Assembly (NCBI GenBank): GCA_030264375.1
Contig: JASCQW010000190.1
Span: forward strand, 41,098,672-41,162,671
Reading direction: 5' to 3'
DNA: 64,000 bases
From: Carcharhinus longimanus
Taxonomy: Eukaryota
Position numbers and translations under genes: made by a program. Below the pieces are notes generated by a model, which saw nothing but the letters and a program-made list of their open reading frames with translations, was not told where the DNA came from and searched no databases. Shown here piece after piece: positions 22,782 through 36,061 of this stretch. Position 1 is the first letter of the stretch. The number at the start of each line of letters is the position of its first letter.

Positions 22782-23560
22782 CATAGAATTTACAGCACAG
22801 AAACAGGATATTCTACCTAACTGGTTTGTACCAGTATCTATGCCCCACACAAACCCTCTCCCATCCTTCTTCAACTAATTCTGTCCTTCCATCACTTTCT
22901 CTCTCAGGTATGCATCCAGCTTTCCTTTAAAAGCATCTATGCTACTCGCCTCAGTTACTCCATGTGGGTAGTGAGCTCCCCATTCTCATCGCTGTCTGGG
23001 GAAAGAAGCTTCTCCTGAATTTTTAATGGATTATTAGTGACTATCTAATACTTAAGACTTTTATGAACACCATTACAAGTGGAAACATCTTCCTTATGGC
23101 AGCCCTACCAAAACCATTCAATTTTAAAAGTTTCTTATCATTCATTCTTCTTTTTCCTGAAGAAACATGCTCTAGCCTGTTCAGTTTTTTCTTGCCATCA
23201 ATTTGCAATTCTGTTATCAGCCCTATAAATCTATTTTGCACCCTCTCAGATGGCTCTGCATCCTCCTTGTTAAATGGGGATTGTATTTGTACACAGAACT
23301 CCCAAGAGTGGTCTTACGAAAGGTCTGTAGAATTAAACATAACCTCCATTCCCTTCAACAATTATCATCTAAAAATGGACCAAGGGCTTTGTTTGGATTG
23401 TTATGGCCTAATGGCAGTGCTAATTTTTACGCTTTGTGAAATTAGGCTTCTAGATACCTTAACCCCATTTACACGACTATTTTCCAAAAGGTGTGTGGCC
23501 TCTTTATTTCTCTTGCAAAAATGTAACATCCCACACTTACTGACATCAAAAATAAACTAT
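22782..23560 (-). mobile_element. Old CR1 LINE 3' fragment
   Basis: QNRFIGLITEL...LNRLEHVSSGKRRM; CATAGAATTTACAGCACAGAAACAGG tail. Confidence 0.75.
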
Positions 23561-25599
23561 CCATTCAATTGCCTAATGCTGGATATTACACAAGGATCAA
23601 AGGAAGTCCTCCTATTGTACACCAAGGAGCTTTGAGTCACAAAGTAATGGTTGAACATATGTCTCATAGGCCAAAAGATGAAACTAAATGTTGTCTTTAA
23701 AGTAAAACAAGGGAGATCAGAATGCCTTTTGCTCCATCTCAGCCCCTTTGTATGTAAACGGTATAGTCTTTTAATGAATATACTTCAATAAAGGATGATT
23801 ATTTGAGGAGAATGTTCAGCATATTGAGCCCATTAATCCAACTACTGTAAATGCCATTGCAAACTACGTACCAAATATCTTATCATTTAACCTTACTCTG
23901 CTAAAGGTTAATGAATACGTTTTGTTTGTCACATCATTGTGTGTCACACACAGCTATGCAGACACACACACAAGCAAAATAAGTCAACAGCAGGTGCATT
24001 CTTTGATTAAGTCTTTGCCAGACAATAGGACATACCTTGTGATGCTTTAGTAGTATCAGCAAGGCATACAAAATGTGGATTCAAGCAGTAAATACAGAAA
24101 CACTATGTATAGAACTTTACATTTTATTTCAAAATGTAACTGGGAAAGCATAACAAACTAAGATTCAATTTTTTAGCAGTAAGTTCAATTTACTTCTTCT
24201 AAACCAAGAACACTTTTAAGATTATTTAAATCACATTATAATATCTATAAAAGAACACCTCCAAATATATTACAAATCTGCTTTCATTATTTTCCTGTTC
24301 ATTCATGTGTATTATCCCATATCAACATCCCATCATTAACCTTTCACAGATAATATGCTAGTGCCATCTTTCGGAGTGCTTGACAATATGAGAATGCAAT
24401 GATGTGTTAATTCTCATTTTGCTTACTTTCGAACATTTTAATAAATCCTTCCAGACTGTTAGAAAATGATTGCAAAACTTACTTCAGAAAAGGAATAGAG
24501 AAAATATTAATGGGGGAAGGGCAACAGATCAGTGCTGTCAGTAACTAACTGTATTGTGAGATAGATTAGTAATTTTGAAAAGGATTGAAAGGTATATAAG
24601 CTATAATTACATTTCATTACAGAGATACAGCTAAACTATGAGTAAAAGGTAAGAGAAAACTTGAGCTTCCTGTTTTGGTTGGCACATTTCTAAATATTAG
24701 TATAACAGGGAGCAGAGCGAACTATTGCAATTTAAAAGGTTTTCAGAATGTTGGAAAGGTTGGGGACGTCACTCCTGCAGAGACAGGAAATCTTAACTTA
24801 TTGGGTTTGGTGTTATACTTTCCCAAAATGGAATCTGTTCTTCTCAGGTTCAAATGGATGGAACCTTGCTTTATATAACTTCAGATTAGGTAGAGCACTT
24901 CAAATGCTTGCTGTCTATTGACTCATTCAGTAAAGAAAGGCTGCTCAATGCTTTTTGTTTCCTAATTTCCCAATTTTCCAATGTGTTTTGATGCCGCTCC
25001 CTTCTAACAACCATCGACTGATTGCTTTAGTGTCTGTGCATCCCATGCCAGTTCGGAAGTATTTGAAACAAAGTTCCCTGCAATGAGACCAGGTTGAAAT
25101 GTTTATGATGGGACATATGTGTCCACTTCATTTCATTTTGTCAAAGAACTAGTTGAAATGCGTGTAAAGCATTGTTGGGGATCGTGTATTTTGCTGTTGG
25201 AATGCCTGGTACGTTGACGTCTGTACAAGTCCTGCTAATGAATATTGTCAAAGATAATTATCAGGCAGCTCAGAGTACTTGGCTGCTGATGAAAAGGTAG
25301 CATTGTGTTGAAGAAACGATACTCATGTGACCCTGAATGCTTCTTTTGCCCTTGTTCTGACCCTCGTCAGTTCCACTCTGATATGAAAGCGCTTCTCTCT
25401 CTCAGCAATCAGCTAGTTCTTAGTTTTGAGATGCTAATATTTAAAACCATGCATCCTACTGGATAACAGTAAAGGATAATAACTGGACTAACATAGCCAC
25501 TAAAATAAAAAAAACTTCAGAATCACTTCTGTGCTTATTAACCCATTATCCCACCTGTCATGTTCCTCAAGACGTATAAGACATAGAGACGTATAAGAT

Positions 25600-25861
25600 A
25601 ATGACATATAAGATAATGAAGGGGATGGATAGGGTAGAGGTAGAGAGATTCTTCCCGCTCAGAAAGGATAGCAGGACTAGAGGNNNNNNNNNNNNNNNNN
25701 NNNNNNNNNNNNNNNNNNNNNNNNNNNNNNNNNNNNNNNNNNNNNNNNNNNNNNNNNNNNNNNNNNNNNNNNNNNNNNNNNNNTTGAATGGCGGGGCAGG
25801 CTCGAAGGGCTAGATGGCCTACTCCTGCTCCTATTCCTTATGTTCTTATGTTCTTATGTTC
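25600..25861 (+). mobile_element. CR1 LINE 3' end with (TTCTTATG)n tail, spanning a gap
   Basis: TYKIMKGMDRVEVERFFPLRKDSRTR; GGCCTACTCCTGCTCCTATTCCTTATGTTCTTATG. Confidence 0.9.
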
Positions 25862-27027
25862 AACACAGAACATTACTCAATTACACAGTAACATTTGGAA
25901 AGGTGGATTCTCCACATTCTGCGTACAGGGCAATTAAATTCATCTGCCGCATTTATAAAAACAATAGTGGACTTTTCCAGTCCTCTCCACAACAGGTTTA
26001 ATAGCAGGCATGAAGGGGACAATGCAAAGGAACTGCATCTTTTTTCTCCAACATTTTGTACCGATGGAAATGTTTGCTTCTGCTCACCATGAAGGGTCCC
26101 CATTCCCACCAGAGGCCAACATGAAACCATTTTGTATCCCATTCATGGGTTACAGATGAAGGCTTGACCAGAATTATCCCCTTGCCCAATAACCTGTGCC
26201 CCCAGTGGGATTTCACACTAGTCCAGAACCAATGTGGCGTGCACGTCAGAACCTACCAAAGGCTTGTGGCAGCCTGCAGAGATCAAGATAGTGGCCTCCA
26301 GAAACCATGGGTCCTGGAAAACCACATTCAGCAGTGGGTGGATGAGCAGTATCCATGTGAATCTACTCATTACTGGAGCTTCTGGGAGGTGGATGGTCTA
26401 TGCTGGGAAGAGGTGTAATTAAATTGGGGAGGGGAGAGATCAAAATCTGGGATGGATGTGTGGGGCCTAAAGTTGGGTGAGGGAATCTGGGTGTGGCCAG
26501 GGAAGGATGGAGACACTGCTGGGATCATGGAATGGGTGAGGTTTCACTGCCCTCTATGGAGACTTCTTCCATGCAGGATTGGTCTGATGTCTCAGTCTTT
26601 TGCTTCCATTGTATGGGTAGAGGAAGCCCCTCCTGACCTCCACTGCATTGGGAAGGACTTCCATAAATAAATCTGGGTTCTGTAGCTCTCTGTGATCAGT
26701 AGGCCATCTCTTCCTTCAACGACGGGTAGGTTGATGCCTAGGTACCTTTTAAACATGAGGCTTGGATGTGAATGCCATCCAGCCTGCCCCTACCATGATA
26801 AACATTGGGAAACCCCTGCCTGCTTAATTAATTAATTAATCAATATGGTGTGAAACACCAGTTTCCCACCCCACCAAGGGCCTTAGTCCTGGAATGGAAA
26901 ATTGTGTTCAATGTTTGAGATCTTCTGTGATACATTCTAACAGTCCAGCTATTAATAAAAGCTTGATAAACCAGCTAAAATGAATATTTAGGCTTTCCAC
27001 TCTCAATCACTATTATCTACTTGAGGT

Positions 27028-27353
27028 ATCATAAAAGCATAGAATTTATACGGTGCAAAAGGAGGCCATTTGGCCCATCGAGCCCGCACTGGCAACAATC
27101 CAACCTCAGCCTTATCCCTACAACCCCACAAATCTATCTTGTTAATCCCTCTAACCTACGCATCCCAGATACTAAGGGGCAATTTAACATGGCCAAGGCA
27201 CCTAACCCACACATCTTTGGACTGTGGGAGGAAACTCATGTGGACACAGGGAGAATGTGCAAACTCCACACAGATAGTGACCCAAGCCAGGAGTTGAACC
27301 TGGGTCCCTGAAGCTGTGAGGTAACAGGGCCAACCACTATGCCACCATGCCAC
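27028..27353 (-). mobile_element. HE1-like V-SINE
   Basis: tRNA head, V-domain and CR1-type tail, reverse orientation. Confidence 0.85.
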
Positions 27354-27849
27354 TCAAATATTACAGTTAAGTTGATTTTTAAAAAACTTATGCCTTATAG
27401 TGTATAATGATGTGAGTCACAGTTCTGTAAACCAATTTCTACATATACTTGTATAAATTTCCAGATTTAAAGACATCTTCTTCACATTGAGCTGCATACG
27501 GAGATTGCTTTTTCCCTGTGTATATGGGAACATTCAGATCATTGCACGACCTGGAGGGAACACTGCTCAGAATTATTGGGGTTTGAAATCATTTCTCATG
27601 TAAGTGAGCCCAGTATAGGTTTCACATTCGTTCTTTCATCATGAACTCACAACCCGTCACTACAAACATTCTGTGGCAAAATCATGACCAAATGATTTGA
27701 AAACTCTTTTGTTTCCTGTGGTGTTAACTGAAATGTGCTGTGTTAAATAATGATTTATGTTGCCCCAAATAGAACTATTCAGGGAAATACTGTGGACAGT
27801 TTTTAATAAAGTAATCACATTTACAGATGAACTGGAATAAACTAACTTG

Positions 27850-28252
27850 GCTTGTTCTCACTGGAGGTTAAGGGGTGATCTGATAGAGGTTTACAAGATT
27901 ATGAGAGGCATGGACAGAGTGGATAGTCAGATGTTCTTTCCTAGGGTAGAAAAGTCAAGTACCAGGGGTTATAGGTTAAAGGTGCATGGAAAAAGTTTAG
28001 AGACGATGTGCAGGGCAGGTTTTTTTACACAGGTGGTGGTGAATGTCTGGAATGCGCTGCCTCGGGAGGTGGTGGGGGCAGGTATGATAGCGCCATTTGA
28101 GGGGCAACTAGATGAACACCTGAATAGGATGGGAATGGAAGGCTATGGATTCTTTAAGTGCATATAGTTTTAGTTTAGGGAGGCATCATGATCAACACAG
28201 TGTTGGAGGGCCGAAAGGCCTGTTCCTGTGCCGTACTTTTCTTTGTTCTTTG
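27850..28252 (+). mobile_element. CR1 LINE 3' end
   Basis: RLRGDLIEVYKIMRGMDRVDSQMFFPRVEKSSTRG...FFTQVVVNVWNALPREVV; (CTTTGTT) tail. Confidence 0.92.
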
Positions 28253-29489
28253 TAGTAGCGTTTTCTGTTTTTGGGTATTAAAAAGTTCCTTCAATTATTG
28301 AACATATAAAACTGTTGATAAAGATCAGTTGGTCTGAGTGAGCCCATATGTCAAATTACCTTATTATTCATTGTTAACTAAGATAGTGAATTACAGAGAA
28401 TTCAAGATCCTTTCCTGTTTAGGGATCAAGTTGGGGTCAACGCGATCGAGAATAGATACATTTTCTCATTAGTGCACTTACACAGAATGAAGAATAAAAG
28501 CTCATGATAAAAGATTCAACACTGCGTTTTGGGATTGATGGCATGCTGTTGGTTCAGGATCAAGCTCAGTGATGTCCTCTTGCAACCATTCAGGAGGTTA
28601 TGAAACACGAAGGAGTTAACACCTCCAATAACAAAATGATTGTACAAATTACACCCAAGGGGTACTTAAAGAGATAGCATTCAAATATTTCCAAAATGTT
28701 CTCAGACATATTATACTTTAATAACACTGATATTTTACCTTTGCTGCTTGGGAAAAAATTGTGTACTTTCGGTTAGTGACTGTATCATTAAATCCAATTG
28801 CTGTTCGTAAGTAATTAAAAATATATATATCTGTAGTTCAGATCCCTGCACCAAGCTTCTTTTGATTAGGATGTTCAAAGATTGTTTCACACTGGTTTTC
28901 AAATGTAGGCTGGAAGCTAAGAACAAAGACAACTTTGAACATTCAAAGCTAGTGCAATTTGTTCAGTAAAATCTACTATGACTGCCAATTATTCTGAATC
29001 TGATTGTCAATTATGAAAAAAAGCCAAACAAGCCATGGCAATCAGTGGAAGAGTATCTAAGGCTGAATCTGCTCATTGAGTCACCAGCTTCAGCAAATCA
29101 ATTCAAAACTTCACAGGAAAAGACGAAATGATCCAGCTAACTCCTGTTGTCAGAACAAAGATGGACGAAAGGACTAGACAATGTTTATAAATGTTATCAA
29201 TTAAAGAACACCAAATTATTAGATTTCAGTGGCTGATATAATGGAAGGCTGCAAAATGCACAGATTGGTTGGCAGTTTTGGGGTTGATGCATCAAGGTAC
29301 AGAAAAGTTTCAGTCAATGTCAGAAGGTGCCCAGTCAATGGTAAAATCACTGTATGGTTCTGGTTGAACTGACTGTACTTGATGTTTTATCACAAAGTGA
29401 CCATTATCTGGATTATACTACTAAATATTAAGGTTGAAAGTGCCATCTATGTTTCCCTGGTTAGCTTCAGTGTTGTCAGACTTTTTACT

Positions 29490-29528
29490 GTGTTTACGCC
29501 AGTCCAACGCCGGCATTCCCACATCATA
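29490..29528 (+). mobile_element. Penelope-like terminal fragment
   Basis: TGTTGTCAGACTTTTTACTGTGTTTACGCCAGTCCAACGCCGGCATTCCCACATCAT matches 58730-58785. Confidence 0.65.
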
Positions 29529-30941
29529 GCTTCACAAAGCCATATTAACCCAAATTTGTTCACTAATATGCTGAAAGTGGATCACAAAGCGACCTTATGA
29601 AGATATTTCAGAGGAATCAAAAGGCTCCAAATGCCTATACAGAACAAAACATTCCAAAGTGGCCACTCTGATTTTCTAACTGTAGTTAATTGTTGACATT
29701 ATACTTGACTGTACTATACTATACTTGACATTTTATGCCTAACAGCATGTCTACCTTGAGTATTGTCATGCAAGAAATACAATGGAATACAATCATCCCC
29801 ACTAGCGAGAGATAGTCAATAATAACAGTACTAAATTGACATTTCCATAGGAGCCTGTAGATAGATAGATAACAAGTGCAATCCCTTAGAATGTCTCACT
29901 GATGATGTTGAGGGATTGTGATCTATAGTTGAAGAGCGTCGGTAATTGTGGGGGAGAGATTCAGGTACACTACATCAATGCAATTGCCTTTGCCAACAGA
30001 GTCAGTGGTCACCATCTGGACTCAAAGGTTCATGGGTAGCAGCAGAGAAAGAAGGAGGCAGCTTTCAAGTTAGTTTCAGCACCAGCCTCTGTGCAAATAA
30101 GGAGAAACAAACTTCCAAAAATCAAACATGGCAAGCTATTCCTGCCATGAATTTTCTGGATCTATAACATGTGGAAATATGCATCCAAAAGAATTGCACA
30201 TGACTTCTTAGGAGATGTCCCAAGAGGCCATCATATAGAGTCCTTCCATTAGGTTTGCAATTGAGGAAGGTGTCTGAGAAAAAGCACACTCGAGAATACT
30301 ATGTTCAACATGAAACATGTTGTGCTGTGTGCATCAGGAGCTATTCCACACATATACTTTAACATTAAAAACACAACAAACATCAAACACTTTAGTTTAA
30401 TTTTAAGAATAATTTGTAGGTGACAATGCAAAAAACCCTCAAAACATTACAAAGCAAACACCAGTAAGAATCCATCTACAAAGTTCTGCATTCTTTCTTT
30501 TTCATTTCTGAAATGACTTCACAAAAATGCCAATCAGGAGTGTCAATGTGCCACAGGAGGAATTGGCTGGTGTCCTTCAGGAATCATGTTCTTTCTAAAC
30601 CCTGTCTTTTGTAAGTGTGTGGGTGTGCAAGCTTCTTAATGCAAAATACAGAAATCCCTGTGCACAAATTGTGGTCGATGTTATTTTACAGTAGAGTCTT
30701 TTTAAAATTGACTTTTCCATTAGCTGGACTGCACACAGGGTAGTTGTGTGTTGAAGCACGAACCGGGAGATGTGTTACAAAGGATCATCCATTTATAAAG
30801 GCTGAGATCGTTGATTATTCATCAGTAATATGAAACTGCCAATAATAATGTTAATCAAGTAAATGTAAAGCATTTGATGAAAACTTAGAAGAAGTATTTT
30901 TAACCTGGCATGGAACACTCATATTTGAGAACCTGGGTAAG

Positions 30942-31155
30942 GTTCTTCCCTGCTGCCATCAGACTTTTGAATGGACCTACCTCGCATTATATAGATCTTT
31001 CTCGGCACTCTAGCTATGACTGTAACACTACATTCTCCACTCCCTGCTTTTCTTCTCTATGAATGGTATGCTTTGTCTGTATAGCGCTCAAGTAACCAAT
31101 ACTTTTTGCTGTGTACTAATACATGTGACAATAATAAATCAAATCAAATCAAAAG
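30942..31155 (+). mobile_element. Rex1/Babar LINE 3' end
   Basis: FFPAAIRLLN C-terminal motif, 3' UTR and (TCAAA)n tail; further copies at 33770-33995, 40492-40704 and 60320-60738. Confidence 0.8.
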
Positions 31156-31482
31156 AAGGTTTGCCTNNNNNNNNNNNNNNNNNNNNNNNNNNNNNNNNNN
31201 NNNNNNNNNNNNNNNNNNNNNNNNNNNNNNNNNNNNNNNNNNNNNNNNNNNNNNNNNNNNNNNNNNTACTAATACATGTGACAATAATAAATCAAATCAA
31301 ATCAAAAGAAGGTTTGCCTCATTCAGAAGAACAGAAGGTGTGAGAATGGACACCCGTGACATCAGGAACAGGATGTTTCAGATGACAGAGTTTTCTGCCA
31401 CCTCCCCTCCACTCCCCCAACATCCAAAGAGTCAGCAGGAAACATGACTCTACCGATACTAACTGTCCTACATCCATTTAGT

Positions 31483-33015
31483 ACTATGAGGAGTCACTCA
31501 TTTTAAAGGAAGTCTGTGGTAGCGTGACCCCCTTGGGGGGGCGTTTCCTGAAGGCAATGTGATCGGGCCAGACTCATAAGGAGTGACAACATAAAAACAC
31601 AGAAACTAGAAGCAGGAGCTATTTGGCCCTTCACACTTACTCTGCCATTCATTTTGATCATGGCTAATCATCGTATTCAATATCCTGATCTCATCCTTTC
31701 GCCCATATCCCTTGATTCCTTTAGCGCCAAGGGCTATATGTTTTTTATGAGATCCCCTCTCATTCTTCCAAACTCCAGTGAATATAATTCTAAACGACTT
31801 AGTCTCTTCTTATATGATAGACCTGCCATCCCAGGAAACAGGTGGGAAGTTGAGCTAATTGGGTGCAAGGGTGTGTATCCTGGGTTTGGGTGGAACCTCA
31901 GTTGGAGTCAGGGAGGAGTGTTGTACAGTCACGTTGTTAATTCTGTCAGGCCATTTATTGTAAATAACTATTTATCGTCGGCAATAAATCCTTTGTTACT
32001 TTGAGCTACATCGATTCACCGTCGATTTATTATACTGATGACAGAGAAAAGCTTTCAAAGTGGTTGGGGATTGCAGTGTGCAGGGGAGAAGGGGAAGAGA
32101 CTTGAGCACCAAAGAAACAAGGTACAAACACACATTAAAATGCCTTTGTTTGGGACGACTGAACTATTTGACATCGAAATGGAAAACTGGGGACAGTATA
32201 TTGAAAGGCTGTGTTAATTCTTTGTAGCAAATGAAATAACGGCTGAGGAAATAGGAAAGGTTATTCTACTGACCGTGGTGGGGAGAAGAACAAAAAGAAA
32301 CGTTCACAAAAAATAAAGCAAACTCTGCAGTCATCGGCATTGTTGGTGCACTTCAATCGAAGCTAGCCATTGGTAGTGACCTGTGATGCATCACTGTATG
32401 AGGTGGGAGCAGTTATGTCCCAAAAGTTGCCTGATGAGTAGAAAGGCCAATTGCCTTTGCGCTGAGAATGTTATCACAAATGGGAAAAAGGTATTCCCAG
32501 ATAGATAAAGAAAGACTGCATTTATGCAGTCAAAAAGATTCATCAGTATATTTATGGATGGCATTTCACAATAATTTCAGACCCCATTGTTAGGTTTATT
32601 CAGTGAAGATAAGCCAGTGCCGCCAGTTGTCTCTGTAAGGGCGCAGAGGTGGGTTCTATTGTTTAGTGTATAGTTATACATTCCAGCATCGCCCAGGGAC
32701 ACAGATATCATGTAGGCAGAAACAACACCAGTGTTATCAAGAGTTAAGAAGATGGTCATGCAAAGGTGGCAATATGATAAGTCAGAGCTGTTTCAACCCT
32801 AGCAACAAAGAAGAACAAAAATAACTTGAGGATGGTGTTTTGTTGTAGGGCAGGGGTGTTATAATCCCACTCCAAGGGAGATAACTTTTATTACAGGAAT
32901 TGCATGACTCACATCCAGGGAAAGCAGGATGAAAGGACTAGCCAGAAGTAATGCTTGGTGGCCAGGCATCGATAAAGAAATCAAAAGGGTAGTCAGTCAA
33001 TGCCCTAGTTGTTAA
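31483..33015 (+). mobile_element. Internally deleted Gypsy LTR retrotransposon (LTR, gag N-terminus, RNase H, integrase zinc finger)
   Basis: MPLFGTTELFDIEMENWGQYIERLC*FFVANEI (gag); LLVHFN..PLVVTCDASLYEVGAVMSQ...RPIAFA..YSQIDKE (RNase H); LQELHDSHPG..RMKGLARSNAWWPGIDKEIKRVVSQCPSC (integrase HHCC); LTR-like end with AATAAA at ~31984 and a degenerate PBS at ~32036; LTR start uncertain. Confidence 0.88.
31590..31840 (-). mobile_element. CR1 3' fragment inserted in the Gypsy LTR region
   Basis: CATAAAAACACAGAAACTAGAAGCAGGAG...; homologous to 61305-61760. Confidence 0.8.
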
Positions 33016-33509
33016 GTCCATCTGGGAAAAATTACAGACACCCCCCCATCTGCAAACAACTGTTAGGGTAGTGTAAAATTCTACCCAGAGAGTCTGCCAC
33101 CACGTCTGCACCGGGATTTCTAGAATGTGGTATTTTTATCTGCAGTGGTGTCAGATATTGTGCAGATGCAAGCATTCTTGATCTCCTAGTTCGCCTTCTT
33201 CAACGGGGTTTCCATTGGCCCCCACCACAGAATAAAACACTGTGAAAAGCACCTACAATTTATTTATTTCTTCCAAGTTAAACCAATGTTAAAGCGCCAG
33301 GGTGTTTCATTGCTGATCTCCAGAAACAGTAGATAGGCTATGATAACTTGTCAGTTGTTGAATTGAAGGTGTCTCAAACAAAATAATTGAGGATTCAACT
33401 AGAAGAAATAGTTTCCACCCAGTAAAGATATGTAGAACAAATTCCCAGCATATAGCAGTTGTCAAATAATGCTTCCTTCATTGTCCTAAAGCAAATCGTC
33501 TTTAGCAGC

Positions 33510-34340
33510 TCCATCAATGACTTTCCCTTCGCCATAAGGTCAGAATTGGATGTTTGCTGATGATTTCACTGTGCTCAGTAGCATTCACAGATACTGAAGC
33601 AGTCCATAGCCCATGCACAGCAAAGCCCAAACAGCATTCAGACTTTGACTGATCATTTGACAAGTACCACACAAGTGCCAGATACTGATCATCTCTAACA
33701 AGAGAGAGTTGAGTCAAACCATCCCCCCCGCCATCCCTGCCCCCGACATCCCCCCCTCAACTCAACAATAGCTTCTTCCCTGCTGCCATCAGACTTTGAA
33801 TGGACCTACCTTATATTAAGCTGATCTTTCTCTACACCCTAGCTATGACTGTAACATTATATTCTGCACCCTCTCCTTTCCTTTGCCTCTAAGTACTCTA
33901 TGCATGGTATGCTTTGTCTGTATAATGCACAAGGAACAATATTTTTCACTGTATCCCAATACATATGAGAACAATAAATCTAATCAAATCAAACAATTCT
34001 ATGGGGCTAACATTGTCAAATTCCATACCCTCAACACCCTGGAGGTCACCACTGATGAGAAACTTAATTAGATTAGCCAAATAAGGATGGATCAGAGGCT
34101 GGTAATCGGCAATGACTAACTTACCCCCTGACTCTCCAAAGCCTTTCTATCATTTAACAAACACAAGCCTGGAGAATGATAGAATGATTTTCACTTGCCT
34201 GGATGCCTGCAGTTCCAACAACACTCAAAAATCTCAACCTTTGTGAAGACAAAGCATCTCACTTCTTGAGGACATCATCCACTGACTGAAACATTCACCC
34301 CTTCTGCTGCCAACTCATCAAGACTTCTTTGACAATGCCT
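33510..34340 (+). mobile_element. CR1/L2-group LINE RT fragments (same family as 19700-20435) with nested Rex1 end
   Basis: INDFPFAIRSE..MFADDF; SLAWMPAVPTTLKNLNLCEDKA. Confidence 0.7.
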
Positions 34341-34352
34341 TCCAAAGATACA

Positions 34353-35000
34353 GGGCCCGATTCTACCAACAAGTTGTGCCCGTTTTTGGGTGTGAAAACT
34401 TGGTAACATTGGGTGTGAGGTGAATAGTGTGACCCACGACCGCTTCCGTTCCCCCTTCACCAAGCACCCAAAATGGCTGTGATCTGAACCGCGCCTGAAA
34501 CAGGCGCAACATCAATTTAAATGCATGTGCATGGCATGCATTCGCTGGTTGGGGGGAGGGGGGTAGGAGGAGGGAGGCAGGTCAGATGGATCTCTGGTTG
34601 AGGGGAGGAGGTGAATCGGTCTGCTCTCTGGTGGAGTGGGGGGAGGAGGACGAGGGCCAGATCATTCTCTGGTGGGAGAGGAAGCGGGCCAGATCATTCT
34701 GTGGTGGGGGGTGGAGAAGAAGGGAGATGGGNNNNNNNNGGGGGAGGGGCGGTGCGATGAGGAGGGTCAAATCATTGTCTCATGAGGGGCGAGGAGGGGA
34801 AGGGGCAGGAGGAGGCCCAAGTCGTTCTTTGGTTAGGGGGGTGGGAACGGAGCGGGTCAGATGGATCTCTGGTGGGGAGGGGAGGGGGGTCCATTGCCAC
34901 TCTGCGTGTGATCGGTGGTGGGGAAGTGGGGCAGGGGATCACGATTGGTCTGTGTAGCAGACGGATCGAATTACGATTTCAATATTATAATCAGTCTCAC
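34353..35000. mobile_element. Non-autonomous Harbinger-like element with G-rich internal repeats
   Basis: GGGCCCGATTCTACC terminus; repeated GGCCAGATCATTCT / GGTCAGATGGATCTCTGGT units. Confidence 0.45.
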
Positions 35001-35131
35001 GCCCATTTCTACTGTGAGTTGGTTATTCTTAAAACATTGCCTGGAAGACTCATGATCGGCTGGATGCCTGTCGCCAGTCCCGCGATAAGCCCCTCACTGA
35101 TGTCTCTTGGCCCGCTGCGCTACTTGAGCAG

Positions 35132-36033
35132 TGTAATGGGTTAGGAGAATTACCTCCTATATGTTTGCTTACAGAAAAGAAAGAGGTGCGCGTTTCCTTA
35201 CCCTTGGAGTGTGTATTCCAATTCAGCAGCAAACTTTTGTTATATTAAAAATAAAGAATGTTATTTATTCTCCCTCTCTTACCCCAAATTAAACATATTG
35301 TCACATTCATTCAGTCCCATTCATGCACCCTCACAGACTAAAATTGGATACAGATAAAGGTCATGCATTTTTACAGAATAAAGTTACCCGCTTTATGTTC
35401 TTTGGTCTCCCATATGGTCTTTAGAATGGATTTGATGATTTAAAGTTGAACTGTAGATCTTGTAAAGAGAAGACTTTCTTGCAGTTGAATATCTAGGTGG
35501 TTGGTTCTCTGGTGAAGTTTGAAAACTGGAACGTGTTACTTGTTTTGGCTGCCTTGCCTTGCAACTTGTTTCCAATTCCAGTCCAAACTGCTTGAATTGC
35601 TGCTTCTGATGTATTTGGTGGAACTACCTGCACACAGCTCTTATTTGATCTTTTAAACAGACACAGAAAACATGTGTATTTTCACAAGTTCAAGGTCTTT
35701 TCTGAATAAGGTGTGGTGTTCATGCTGATTCCACATCCTTGGCTGTGAGTTCACACCTCAAACCTCTGGGGGTTTCAGACAGTCGGTGTATTTGTTGTAG
35801 AATGGTCTCTTCAAATCAGATTATACTCCTAAAATTGGTTTCAGGGAAGGACATTGACTTACATCGGTCTGGAATGTTATTTGGTCTCCTCTTGAGACAC
35901 TGGAGTAATTCTAATGCACAAAAGAAATCAGGTGATCTTGGTTGACCATACTTTTGAGCTACTTTGCTGAGTTTTTAAAAATATAAAATTAGTTTGAAGT
36001 TCAGAATAGGACCTGCTGGTATTAGGCATGACA
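35132..36033. mobile_element. Solo LTR (902 bp)
   Basis: TG...CA ends, imperfect terminal inverted repeat TGTAATG/CATGACA, and 4-bp direct repeat GCAG at 35128-35131 and 36034-36037. Confidence 0.7.
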
Positions 36034-36061
36034 GCAGATAATTTCTTCTTCTGGCGCGATA

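Noticed and set aside
23063-23635. 190-aa plus-strand ORF, the longest gap-free ORF
   Set aside because: It is the antisense of a decayed CR1 and has no recognisable domain.
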